In this document: positions 10,011 through 19,481 of the stretch, one piece after another
How positions within the stretch are numbered: position 1 is the stretch's first letter
How the letters are laid out: each line of letters opens with the position of its first letter
Program-made: the position numbers and the translations under genes
Notes under the pieces: generated by a model
Told to the model about the DNA's origin: nothing
The model's input: the letters and a program-made list of their open reading frames with translations, nothing else
Database searches by the model: none
Source: Oligoflexia bacterium
Lineage (GTDB): Bacteria > Bdellovibrionota > Bdellovibrionia > JABDDW01
DNA length: 58,744 nt
Assembly (NCBI GenBank): GCA_043732305.1
Contig: JAYTHU010000196.1
Coordinates: 1 to 58,744 of the forward strand
Direction: 5' to 3'

Positions 10011-11192
10011 ATGAAACCCATAATAAGAGTGCGATTCGCAAAGAAAATTAAGCTATTTTTGCATAACGAGCTAGTTCGTTTTGCAGCACTCGCTACTTTT
10101 TGCGTTTTCACTGCGGCAACCGTGTCATTTTTACTTGAAAAAGACGTGCCTAAAACTCAAATCAATAGTTTTGGCGACGCCTTATGGCTAAGCGTTGTGA
10201 CGTTCACAACCACGGGTTATGGAGATAAGATTCCCGTCACTGCTGCCGGTCGTTTTACTATGGCATTTTTAATGTTGGGTGGAATTGTCTTAGCCGGAAT
10301 TTTGACCGGTCAAATTGCGGGCGTTTTGATTCAGAGAAATTTGCAACGTTTGAGAGGATTCATAAATATGGAAAAGAAAAAAAATCACTTCATTATCTGC
10401 GGCTGGAAAAAAGATATGGATAAGGTGATTGAACAAATCTTAATCAGAAACAAAGAGCTCACTGCAGAAGATATTGTCGTGATTGCTCACTTGCCTGAAG
10501 ATCAGCTTATGAATATCAAGCAGTCTACTGCATTCAAATCCATAGATATTATTAACGGAGATTATTTTGCGGAGTCAGTGTTGAGGAGAGCCAATGTTCA
10601 AAACGCGGCAAAAGTTTTGATTCTTGCTGACGACAATAAATCTGTGAGCACCACTGAAATTGATTCACGCACTGTCATGACTGCTATGACAATCGAAAGT
10701 ATTTCTAAAGACACCTATGTTGTTGCCGAATTGATAGATCGAAAATATGAGCCGTATTTGCGTATGGCTAGAGTCGACGAAATTATATTGAGTCGAGAGT
10801 ATGGACGAAGTCTCATTGCTAACGCGTGTCTAAGCGCAGGAGTCGCGCATGTGGTATTTGATTTGCTAGATGTTCATTCCGGCGCCATGGTCACAACCAA
10901 AGAAATTCCGGCGAGTTTCATTGGGCAAAAGTTTTCCACGTTATCACTCCATTTTCGCGAAAACGAGCAGTCAATTTTGATTGGTGTTCTCGAAAATACC
11001 GGAAACGTTTTTAAAATGAAGCGTGATGCCATAAAAGAAGCTCAGAAAAATGCAGATATAAGTAAAATTGTTTCCCAGCTCAAAGAAACTAAGGTTATAA
11101 AAAGCAATCAACCTGTGCTCAACCCAGCCGATGATTATTTGATTCGTAAAAATAGCTCGGCAGTTTTAATTGAATCGGTAAAATCTGCATGA
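10011..11192 (+). CDS. 2-TM potassium channel with RCK (TrkA-like) domains
   Basis: Pore helix and filter DALWLSVVTFTTTGYGD; Rossmann-like HFIICGW, LRRANVQNA. Confidence 0.9.
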   Translation: MKPIIRVRFAKKIKLFLHNELVRFAALATFCVFTAATVSFLLEKDVPKTQINSFGDALWLSVVTFTTTGYGDKIPVTAAGRFTMAFLMLGGIVLAGILTGQIAGVLIQRNLQRLRGFINMEKKKNHFIICGWKKDMDKVIEQILIRNKELTAEDIVVIAHLPEDQLMNIKQSTAFKSIDIINGDYFAESVLRRANVQNAAKVLILADDNKSVSTTEIDSRTVMTAMTIESISKDTYVVAELIDRKYEPYLRMARVDEIILSREYGRSLIANACLSAGVAHVVFDLLDVHSGAMVTTKEIPASFIGQKFSTLSLHFRENEQSILIGVLENTGNVFKMKRDAIKEAQKNADISKIVSQLKETKVIKSNQPVLNPADDYLIRKNSSAVLIESVKSA

Positions 11193-11689
11193 ACAAAGAT
11201 GCCATTATTGCTAAAATTAAAGAAGTATCACTTTTCGCTGATCTAAAAGACAATCAGTCGTCACTAATAAAATTGTCAGAGATGTTACATCTCAAGCATT
11301 TCAAAAAAGGATCCACCATAATTTCTGAAGGTGATGACGGAGTTGAAATGTTTATTCTCTATACGGGCATTGCTGAAATTCGTAAAAACACCATGGATAA
11401 TGATTTTTACGTTGTGACCCTTTTAAATTCGGACAAACATGCTTTCTTTGGTGAGATGGCCATGATTGAAAAAGACAAACGTTCTGCAAGTGTAGTGGCG
11501 AAAACTGACTGTGATGTTCTTGTACTCAATGAATTGCAATTTTTAGAGTTAGGCAATACGGATCCCAAAATCGGACTTCTGGTCACACGTCGAATTTCTC
11601 AAATCATGGGGCAACGTCTGCGTAAAGGAAATCAGGATCTCATTACTCTGTTTGAAGCTCTCGTCGGTGAGATTGAGGAAAAAACATGA
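11189..11689 (+). CDS. Stand-alone cyclic-nucleotide-binding domain protein
   Basis: IISEGDDG, FFGEMAM, KRSASVVA; no HTH domain. Confidence 0.9.
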   Translation: MNKDAIIAKIKEVSLFADLKDNQSSLIKLSEMLHLKHFKKGSTIISEGDDGVEMFILYTGIAEIRKNTMDNDFYVVTLLNSDKHAFFGEMAMIEKDKRSASVVAKTDCDVLVLNELQFLELGNTDPKIGLLVTRRISQIMGQRLRKGNQDLITLFEALVGEIEEKT

Positions 11690-12564
11690 CCCGTTTTCTA
11701 GCGCTCGTGGGCACAATCACGCTCATCATATTTGCCATTGGACTTGCCGCTAGTAGTTTATTCTTTTTAAATATTCCAAATCCCGAAAGTTTGAAAAAAT
11801 GCCTAGTTACAGAAATGTATAAAGTTCATCTCTGTGAAGGTGATGGAAATTTTGTGACACTCGATCAAATTAGCCCGTACATTTCCGGGGCAGTGATCAT
11901 GTCTGAAGATGCGGCATTTTATTCTCATGATGGAATAGACGTCAATGAGATGAAGGAAAGCATGATCAAGAACATGAGTGAGGGCCGATATGCTCGTGGC
12001 GGGTCAACAATCACTCAGCAGTTAGCAAAGAACGTATTTCTCAATGGTCAGAAAAGTATATTAAGAAAAGTCGAAGAAATTTATCTCGCCTTTAAGCTGG
12101 AAAAGATTTTCACCAAGAATCGAATTCTTACTTTTTATTTAAACGTGGTTGAGTTCGCTCCAAATATTTACGGAGTGAAGGTCGCCAGTGAACATTATTT
12201 CCGTAAAGAGCCATCGCAACTGACGCCGGAAGAAGGCGCCTACTTGGCTTTTCTCCTGCCGAATCCAAAAAAATATTCTGAAAGTTTTAAAAAACATCAG
12301 CTTACGCCGTTCGCTTATAAAAGCGTCCGTACTATCCTGCACAAGATGCTCATGGGAAAAAAAATAACCCAAGCGGAGTATGATGTGGCTAAAGAAAATG
12401 TGGGAAAGTTATTTGGTGGCAATTCTGCATCACTCCCGGTGATCAACGATAAGAACATTGACGACAATCAGGGATATGATGGTGATGAGCCGAAAGACGG
12501 TCTGAGCGACGAAAGCTCCCTTGAGGCTTCTCCCTCAGATGATTTTAAATACAATCAAGATTAG
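11686..12564 (+). CDS. mtgA: Monofunctional peptidoglycan transglycosylase (GT51)
   Basis: EDAAFYSHDG, RGGSTITQQLAKN, RKVEE, YLNVVEF. Confidence 0.9.
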   Translation: MTRFLALVGTITLIIFAIGLAASSLFFLNIPNPESLKKCLVTEMYKVHLCEGDGNFVTLDQISPYISGAVIMSEDAAFYSHDGIDVNEMKESMIKNMSEGRYARGGSTITQQLAKNVFLNGQKSILRKVEEIYLAFKLEKIFTKNRILTFYLNVVEFAPNIYGVKVASEHYFRKEPSQLTPEEGAYLAFLLPNPKKYSESFKKHQLTPFAYKSVRTILHKMLMGKKITQAEYDVAKENVGKLFGGNSASLPVINDKNIDDNQGYDGDEPKDGLSDESSLEASPSDDFKYNQD

Positions 12565-12713
12565 CCGCAAAAAGGCAACGCGGCCAATCTCTAGTCACCT
12601 TGCAAATCGATACATTTTCATCCTCCATAGTGCAATATTTTTAAGCACCTGAAATACCAGTGGTTTTTCCTTCTGTTGCCAAGTATCTAAAGGGTTACAG
12701 CTTTCAAAAAAAG

Positions 12714-12729
12714 CGGCACAAATCCAGCA
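12714..12729 (+). promoter_or_regulatory. Putative sigma54 (-24/-12) promoter
   Basis: CGGCACAAATCCAGCA fits GG-N10-GC, about 34 nt upstream of ATG 12763. Confidence 0.45.
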
Positions 12730-12762
12730 ATTGCAAATAGCATATATGAAAAAGGTAACTCC

Positions 12763-13269
12763 ATGACGATTCATAATGTTCGAATTTCGCTACTATCTCT
12801 TTTTTTACTACTAACAGTGAGTACTCGGGCCACCGCTGAATCTCGGTGTATTGAACTGAGTAAAATGATTGCCAGCGAAAGTTTGGGCAAAACCTACGCG
12901 AACTTTCCTGCAGATCAAAGATCTGAAATCGAAAAGTTTCATGAAAAATTTCAAGCAACTATATTGAACATCTCGGGTGAAAAAAAAGAACGACTTGAGT
13001 TCGCTTACGATAGATTGTTGAACGGGTACATTTATCAGATTTTACAAATTATTAGAAATCCCGAGCTACAAGTTGACAATGTGATGTTCCTGGATTTGAG
13101 CCGCCAGACCATGAAATTTTATGCTCTTGATCCGGCTCTCTCACGGATGTTACCTGAAAATTTAAAAGGAGCTTCTACCAGAAAAATTCGCAAATTTATC
13201 AGTGAAGCCAAGCTAGATTTTAAAAAAATCGCCGTTAAAATTAAAGAGGAGCAAGCTCAGGTTCACTAA
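12763..13269 (+). CDS. Hypothetical secreted protein (helical)
   Basis: Signal peptide ending ATA, SD AAAGGT, coupled to the next gene by TAATG. Confidence 0.75.
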   Translation: MTIHNVRISLLSLFLLLTVSTRATAESRCIELSKMIASESLGKTYANFPADQRSEIEKFHEKFQATILNISGEKKERLEFAYDRLLNGYIYQILQIIRNPELQVDNVMFLDLSRQTMKFYALDPALSRMLPENLKGASTRKIRKFISEAKLDFKKIAVKIKEEQAQVH

Positions 13270-14594
13270 TGATAACCAAGAAGATGAGAATCTTATTTCT
13301 ACTTTCTGTTTTTATCTTGCCTCTGGGTTTAAGTTCACCAACTTTTGCTACTGACCAAAACCCGGAGTATGACCCTGGCGCTGAAGCATGCGCTAAAATT
13401 TTGACGAATCATCTCCTCATGGAAATGAGTTCTCGCGCCAGTCTTACCCTGCAACGATCTATCCCCGCTGGACATAAAATCTATGATCTTAAAATGTTTC
13501 TCAAGAAATCCGGCCTCTCTGCGACTGCAAACAATCTAAAATATCCCATTCGCGAGTTTGATATTAGTGATGATCTTAGTGCCGTGGTCATACGTGCTAA
13601 TGCTGGAAATGCGAAGTCGGCCGAGCCATTTATTTATGCCAAGTTATCTGAGAAAAACGGGCTGAGTGTTGTTGAGAATTTTTCTCCTACAAAGCTGATT
13701 CCAATGGATGAAATGAGCCAGCAGCCACAATTCATATTGGAAAAAAATATTGTTCGACTTCCTCTTACTCAGAAATTATTAGAAAAGCCACCCTTTCACT
13801 TAAGACATAAAGTGCTTCTTCCTACCGATATCAGATTTTTTGACCTGGACAATGTTGGTGGGGAAGAAAAGAGATGTCTGAGTCAAGTCCTTGGACATGA
13901 ATTAGAAGAGGTGATTCCGCTTTCTGATTCCGTTTATTATGTAAAGACTGTTGATACTGGTGAAGGCGAAGACGATATGATTGTTGGCTACAATCCTGTT
14001 TCCGAACGAATCAATCTTTACCGTCATAATTCTTCAAAATATAGTTCGGCAGATTATTCACTGGGACAATTCTTGCACGATGACCTGGGTCCCTTTCAAG
14101 TTTATGAGTATGATAAAGGTCGTCGGCTTGCGATCAATGGGCCGAAATTCCGATTAGAATTGTGGGGAAACACGGGATCAAACTCGATGCCCTTGGCTAA
14201 TCCCGGTCAACGTTCGCAACTCACGGTTTTCCCCGCTCTCAGAGGTATGACGATGGTTCGAAAAGACGGGGGCATGCTCAAAACGTCATACAGCCTTGTG
14301 GACAGTGATCGCAACCCGGCTCTTTTTAGATGGACTGTTAAAGGGAAAACTTCTAACGCCGTTTCTCGAATCTCTCATGGATTTGTTGTTTACGCAGAGG
14401 AAGGTGATCACACAGGATTTGCTATTTTGAATGACGATTTGTCTGTCACCTATTTAAATGAACTCAAAGATGTCAACATTTACAGTTTTAAAATTAAAAA
14501 GAACACGATATTTGCTATTACTGAAGCGAAGTCAGATGGAGTCATTGAATTGCACGTGATTCCTCTCGGCCCTTACTTGGAGAAAGAAAATTAG
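13269..14594 (+). CDS. Hypothetical secreted protein, paralog of 47195..48439
   Basis: Signal peptide; shares RFFDL..LS.V...P.SDSVY and the C-terminal DG...L..IPLG with the 47195 ORF. Confidence 0.8.
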   Translation: MITKKMRILFLLSVFILPLGLSSPTFATDQNPEYDPGAEACAKILTNHLLMEMSSRASLTLQRSIPAGHKIYDLKMFLKKSGLSATANNLKYPIREFDISDDLSAVVIRANAGNAKSAEPFIYAKLSEKNGLSVVENFSPTKLIPMDEMSQQPQFILEKNIVRLPLTQKLLEKPPFHLRHKVLLPTDIRFFDLDNVGGEEKRCLSQVLGHELEEVIPLSDSVYYVKTVDTGEGEDDMIVGYNPVSERINLYRHNSSKYSSADYSLGQFLHDDLGPFQVYEYDKGRRLAINGPKFRLELWGNTGSNSMPLANPGQRSQLTVFPALRGMTMVRKDGGMLKTSYSLVDSDRNPALFRWTVKGKTSNAVSRISHGFVVYAEEGDHTGFAILNDDLSVTYLNELKDVNIYSFKIKKNTIFAITEAKSDGVIELHVIPLGPYLEKEN

Positions 14595-14595
14595 A

Positions 14596-15912
14596 ATGAG
14601 ACTTCGAAAAATTGTACTGATTGTGTTTATGGCAATGACCCTCACAGCTTGCGGTAAAAAGCAGCTCAATCACAGTATTGTCATAGGGCCTGCTTCAGCA
14701 ACTACGGCTGTAGACAACGCATCAGAAGCGGAATCTCGCACTGAAACGTCTGACTTTTCTGACCATCTGCAAGCGAAAGATTCTGCCAACCAAATCGAAG
14801 TGACCTGCAAAGATAAATCAACTTGCTCTCCTTCTGTAGGCGCTCTGCTGATCACGAATGATAAAACTTTGCATAAATGTACAGTTTTTTTATTAGCTGA
14901 AGATCAAATCATGACTACCAGCAATTGTTTGCGCTTTGGAAATGCAAAGCCTGCACAAAAAGTTCTCGCCGGCGCAAAATCGAATCCAGTTGTTGCCGTG
15001 GATAACAAACTTAGTTGTGGCACATATAGTCGCATACTCTTTCCAGATGTAGGAGCAGGCGTTCAAGCCACCACTTGTGACTCAATTGTTTCAAGTGATC
15101 AAGCTTTGAGAGATTCTGTGAATGATAGTTTTAAGGATCGGAGTCTTCGACCTTCTTTTGTGACTATCAAGTTAAAAGATAAAATTGTGGGTCGTGAATT
15201 TTTTAAGCTACAAAGTGCCATTCGATCTCAGGATCAGGATCTTTCTATATATCGAGTAAACTTTTCTGCGGCCAATCAGATTCAATCCGCTATTCAAGAA
15301 AAGATTTCGTGTAAAGTGTCGTTAAAAACCAAAGGGCTGTTTCAAGAAAGTGAAAGCTCTGCTCTTATCCGACTTAAAAATTGTGATGTGTATGGTGGTA
15401 ATCTTGGCGCTCCAATAATCGACGGCAACAAAAATGTTGTTGGCATTTTATCTAGCTTCGCAAATAAAACTCTCAGCAGCTTCAATGCTTCTTCTGCCAC
15501 CATGGCAGTTACGAATCCAAATTCTTACGGCATTGCCACGAGCGCAGCTTGCATGTCGGATCAAGCTCAGAACTGCAATTTCAAACAAGTCGATTCTGAC
15601 AAAGCTCGTTTAACTCGATTAGCAGACGGACTGAAAGTGAAAGCTCACGGTGTCGGGAACACTTCTGCTGACGCGGTAAAATCTATCGAGGCAAAACTCA
15701 CTGCAGCGGTTGCGACCCTCAGTTCAAAAAGTTTTGTGAATGGCTCTGTAGCCTATGTTGTGAGTCAGGAATCAAAATGCAGTACGCCGACAACCGATGG
15801 AAAAAACATAGGCGCAAATACTTCAAGCATCAATGAGACGGTTAACTCTGACTGGGAATTGGATTTTTCAGACCTGCAGGTTTCTTCCCAACCGTCCACA
15901 GCGTGTAAATAA
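14596..15912 (+). CDS. Lipoprotein with a degenerate trypsin-like (S1) domain
   Basis: Lipobox LTAC; CTVFLL..QIMTTSNC and CDVYGGNLGAPII resemble the S1 His and Ser motifs but lack the catalytic residues. Confidence 0.7.
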   Translation: MRLRKIVLIVFMAMTLTACGKKQLNHSIVIGPASATTAVDNASEAESRTETSDFSDHLQAKDSANQIEVTCKDKSTCSPSVGALLITNDKTLHKCTVFLLAEDQIMTTSNCLRFGNAKPAQKVLAGAKSNPVVAVDNKLSCGTYSRILFPDVGAGVQATTCDSIVSSDQALRDSVNDSFKDRSLRPSFVTIKLKDKIVGREFFKLQSAIRSQDQDLSIYRVNFSAANQIQSAIQEKISCKVSLKTKGLFQESESSALIRLKNCDVYGGNLGAPIIDGNKNVVGILSSFANKTLSSFNASSATMAVTNPNSYGIATSAACMSDQAQNCNFKQVDSDKARLTRLADGLKVKAHGVGNTSADAVKSIEAKLTAAVATLSSKSFVNGSVAYVVSQESKCSTPTTDGKNIGANTSSINETVNSDWELDFSDLQVSSQPSTACK

Positions 15913-17827
15913 CAATCAAAATCAATGCTTGTCCTGCGATGGTTTCCAGCGTGGGATAAAATCCTAAAATGTCAGATCTCAAATCAAAAGGCACAAGCGT
16001 GATGGAGATTTTTCCAGCCTCTTGGATCGAGTGTAGAGCTTTGCCCATCAAAATAAACGAGAGCAAAGCCATTATCAGTGAGGAATAACCGAAGAGTTTT
16101 CTAATGGGAACTCGAGAAGAAAATTTCAACAGCGCCCAGGCTAGAAAAAACACCAATGCAAAAGCCGTGATAACTCCACCAAGCATTGCGGATTTCAATA
16201 ATTGTTCTTGGCCCGGTTGAGAGGCACCCTCAATCCAAATAGTTCTTAAAAACAAAACCACTTCTAGTGCTTCTCTTGCTACAGCGGTGAAGGAAATAAT
16301 AGCTAAACCAAAAAGACTTCCCTGAGTGAGTGCGGCATGAACACGCCCTTTAATAAAAAGGTTCCAACGTGAGATCTCTGTTTTACTGTGAAGCCAGAAA
16401 CCCATAAAAAGTAAAACCACTACTGCAAAAAGAGAAATCAGACCTTCCATGAGTTCTCTCCCGGCACCACTGATTTGTAATAGCCACCCGGAAAAAAACC
16501 AAAATATTAATCCCAATCCAACCGCAGCAATCCAGCCACCATGCACCCAATGGGCAGCTTTTTCTGCTTTGCCCATTGTACCGGTTGCGCGGAGTACTCC
16601 CAGCAATGCGATAATAACCAGTACGGCTTCAAATGCTTCGCGAAATAAAATTGAAAAAGACATGATGAACGTCAAAGCAGGAGACAGGCTTGCTTCGGTA
16701 ACTGTCTGCTCGACAATGTTTACGGTTTTGAGTGCATTGCCAATTTCAACTTTAACTGCGGCTGGCGTGAAGCCTTCTTCAATCGCGCCGCGTACGAGCG
16801 CCATGTTTTTTTCAACTTCTACTAAGAGTTTTGGATCACGAGCTTTTATTTTTGGTTCGATTGGCTCGATGCCATCAAGATAAGCGCTCAATGTTTTTTG
16901 CTTCGCTTCTTTAACATGACCGAGTTCATATTCTCTTTGTGCCTCTAGCAAAAGATTTTTTGCTAGACGAGTTTTATTTCTAGGATCTTCGCTTGTAGAA
17001 TGAACACGCAAAGCTGCAACCGCTAGTTTGCGATCTTTTTCGGAACCAGGAATTTTTGCTACTAGTTCAGAATCAGAAAGATTCGCAACATCGGCTAAGG
17101 ATAATTTCTTAACAGGGCCATCATAGTAAATTTGCTTTTCTTCTTCTGAAATCCATTGGTGCCGTAGCGACTCAGTGTAGAATGCCACGGCCCACAGATC
17201 AGAGTCGTTGATCGCAGGATTAGCAATCATCGCTGTTCCCGGAATTCCTTCACGAACGGCGTTGAATATTTTAAATGGAGTGAGCGTCGTCATGAGGTTC
17301 GCGTCAAAGAAATTTGAGGGATGGGGGTGAAGTGCTACGGCGGCCGGTCCATCGCCTTTGCCTTGAATGCCGTGACAACTGCTGCACATTTGTTCAAAAA
17401 CTATTCGACCGCGGGCGATCTGAGGCCATTCATCAGGTGAAGTGGAAAGTTCGGTAATTCGAATTACATGAAGCTTTGCTTTTTGAGCTGCTGTCGCAAC
17501 GGTCTCAGTTGAAGCTAAGCTTTTAATAAAAACTTGAACTTCAGTGACTTCATTCTGAACATCTTCATGACTTTTAAGTTCGGGCATTTCTCGAGCCATC
17601 GAAACTGCGGAGGTGATCAGTTCTAAATGTTCTTTGTGTTCTGCGAGATCTATAATCTTACCATTTCGAACAGCGCCGCCATAATCTCCAGCAAGATAAT
17701 CTAAAAGATGAACGAGTGTGCGGGGTGACAATTTATTTTCTGCGCCCACAGCAGAGGGCGTTGTGAGAGGTTGGGCCACCACAAATAGAAAAAACGCAAA
17801 AAGAACTAAATCACAAACGCGCTTCAC
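15842..17827 (-). CDS. Cytochrome c / FTR1-family iron permease (PbrT-like)
   Basis: LLDYLAGDY, CSSCH heme motif, two RExxE motifs (REAFE, REALE), TM C-terminus. Confidence 0.9.
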   Translation of the reverse strand: MKRVCDLVLFAFFLFVVAQPLTTPSAVGAENKLSPRTLVHLLDYLAGDYGGAVRNGKIIDLAEHKEHLELITSAVSMAREMPELKSHEDVQNEVTEVQVFIKSLASTETVATAAQKAKLHVIRITELSTSPDEWPQIARGRIVFEQMCSSCHGIQGKGDGPAAVALHPHPSNFFDANLMTTLTPFKIFNAVREGIPGTAMIANPAINDSDLWAVAFYTESLRHQWISEEEKQIYYDGPVKKLSLADVANLSDSELVAKIPGSEKDRKLAVAALRVHSTSEDPRNKTRLAKNLLLEAQREYELGHVKEAKQKTLSAYLDGIEPIEPKIKARDPKLLVEVEKNMALVRGAIEEGFTPAAVKVEIGNALKTVNIVEQTVTEASLSPALTFIMSFSILFREAFEAVLVIIALLGVLRATGTMGKAEKAAHWVHGGWIAAVGLGLIFWFFSGWLLQISGAGRELMEGLISLFAVVVLLFMGFWLHSKTEISRWNLFIKGRVHAALTQGSLFGLAIISFTAVAREALEVVLFLRTIWIEGASQPGQEQLLKSAMLGGVITAFALVFFLAWALLKFSSRVPIRKLFGYSSLIMALLSFILMGKALHSIQEAGKISITLVPFDLRSDILGFYPTLETIAGQALILIVIYTLWTVGKKPAGLKNPIPSQS

Positions 17828-17865
17828 TACAATTCCTACGACTTAAAGTACATTAATTACCTAAG

Positions 17866-17880
17866 TGATAGTTACTATCA
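17866..17880. promoter_or_regulatory. Fur-box-like operator upstream of the iron permease
   Basis: Perfect 7-1-7 palindrome TGATAGT-T-ACTATCA, 12/14 match to TGATAAT-N-ATTATCA. Confidence 0.65.
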
Positions 17881-18429
17881 ATTAATGAGACTGTCAATCT
17901 TGAGGATTAGGCGGCGGACAATATAGGCCAGGGACGCACCCAAAAGAGCTCCTCCAAGAACATCGGCCGGGAAATGAACGCCCACATAGACTCGGCTATA
18001 CGCGATCAAAAACGCCAACGGAAACGCCACGAGCCCGCCAATAGGAGCAACGAGAGTGATATACGTGGCGACCGCAAAGGTGTTAGTCGAATGGCTTGAG
18101 GGGAAACTGTAGCTAGTGTGTTTGTAAGTTAGAAGGCGGACCTCGTTTTCTTTCAACGTTTGTGTCGGACGGTCTCGCCTGACAATTTCTTTGATTAGAT
18201 GTGAGCTGATTTGATCAGCAGCCGCGACGCAAAGAACGCAACCTAAAATTATTTTGAGCGCCGATTTTCGACACTTAAAAATCCAGATGGCTAAGAAGGC
18301 AAGCAGGATCCACCACGTGTTTCTGAAGTCCGTGATGAAAGGAAAAAACCAATCGAAATAAGAATTGGTGAACACCTGATTGATAAAATGAAAAAGTCGA
18401 TGATCTAAATTTATGAGGTCTTGCAGCAT
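17878..18429 (-). CDS. PAP2-family phosphatase
   Basis: KEIVRRDRP, SFPSSH, SRVYVGVHFPADV. Confidence 0.92.
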   Translation of the reverse strand: MLQDLINLDHRLFHFINQVFTNSYFDWFFPFITDFRNTWWILLAFLAIWIFKCRKSALKIILGCVLCVAAADQISSHLIKEIVRRDRPTQTLKENEVRLLTYKHTSYSFPSSHSTNTFAVATYITLVAPIGGLVAFPLAFLIAYSRVYVGVHFPADVLGGALLGASLAYIVRRLILKIDSLIN

Positions 18430-18527
18430 GTCTCACTTTAAGCGCGGCGCAAGTCAGTTGCCAAGGCTTAAGTCTAAATCTTCTCCCAACACTTTGGAAT
18501 GAGCGGAGAATATGTCAAAATGGACAC

Positions 18528-18707
18528 ATGATTGAAGTCGAACGCGTGAATGGTCTAAAATTCTGGATCAATCCAGACATGATTAAATTTATCGAGAGCA
18601 CACCGGACACGGTGTTGACGCTAATGAATGATGACAAACTCATTCTGCGCACAACTGTCGATGAAATTATCCGCAAAATAAATCAGCATCGTCTAGGGGG
18701 AAAATAA
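18528..18707 (+). CDS. flbD: Flagellar protein FlbD (59 aa; not in the ORF track)
   Basis: MIEVERVNGLKFWINPDMIKFIESTPDTVLTLMNDDKLIL...; contains the FlbD IE.TPDT motif and lies directly before motA. Confidence 0.9.
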   Translation: MIEVERVNGLKFWINPDMIKFIESTPDTVLTLMNDDKLILRTTVDEIIRKINQHRLGGK

Positions 18708-19481
18708 GTGGATATTTTTGCATTCATTGGGGCAGTACTTGGCGTGGGGATGATCCTCCTTGGACAAATTATCGAGGGTGGTCACGTCGGTTCCATCATG
18801 CAGGGAACTGCGTTTCTTATCGTGTTCGGTGGAACATTAGGCGCAGTTGTAATGTCTCATCCGGTTGGAGAACTTAAAACCGCACTGCAAATGCTGAAGC
18901 TCGTTTTTACAAATCCCAAAGGAATGGATTCCGAAAAAGTTATCAAAGAGTTAATCGAAGCGGCGCAGATCGCGCGTAAAGAATCTATTTTGGCTTTAGA
19001 AAAACGATTGGGTCAATTTTCAAATCCGTATATGCAAACAATTTTTAGATTTGTAATTGACGGTGTGGATCCCAATACGATCAAAGATATTTTCGAGAGT
19101 GAAATTTATCTTGAAGAAGAGCATTACGTTGCCGGTGCTAAAGTTTGGGAAACCGCCGGAGGTTATTCTCCAACAATTGGTATCATTGGGGCGGTCCTAG
19201 GACTTATTCACGTTATGGAAAATTTGGCCGATGCTTCTAAACTGGGTGCTGGTATTGCGGTGGCGTTTGTGGCCACTGTTTATGGCGTCGGTTCGGCGAA
19301 TCTTTATTTCCTTCCAATGGGTAAACGCATTGCTAGAAAACTTAAAGCTCAGTCCCATATGAAAGAAATGATTCTCGCCGGTGCCATTGGCATTGTTAGC
19401 GGTATGAATCCATTCATTATCGAAGAGAAATTGCGCAGCTATTCTCACGGCGGCAAAAAACACAAAAATGAAGGTGCTTAA
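18708..19481 (+). CDS. motA: Flagellar stator protein MotA
   Basis: IVFGGTLGA, ARKESILALE, PTIGIIGAVLGLI, AFVATVYG. Confidence 0.95.
   Translation: MDIFAFIGAVLGVGMILLGQIIEGGHVGSIMQGTAFLIVFGGTLGAVVMSHPVGELKTALQMLKLVFTNPKGMDSEKVIKELIEAAQIARKESILALEKRLGQFSNPYMQTIFRFVIDGVDPNTIKDIFESEIYLEEEHYVAGAKVWETAGGYSPTIGIIGAVLGLIHVMENLADASKLGAGIAVAFVATVYGVGSANLYFLPMGKRIARKLKAQSHMKEMILAGAIGIVSGMNPFIIEEKLRSYSHGGKKHKNEGA

Noticed and set aside
12565..12600. Weak similarity between post-stop sequences at 12565 and about 44457 (CGCAAAAAG..CA.CG..GCC)
   Set aside because: Too short and gapped to distinguish from chance.
15842..15912. 71-bp convergent 3' overlap of the pseudoprotease and FTR1 genes
   Set aside because: Tail-to-tail overlaps are common in compact genomes; no further signal.
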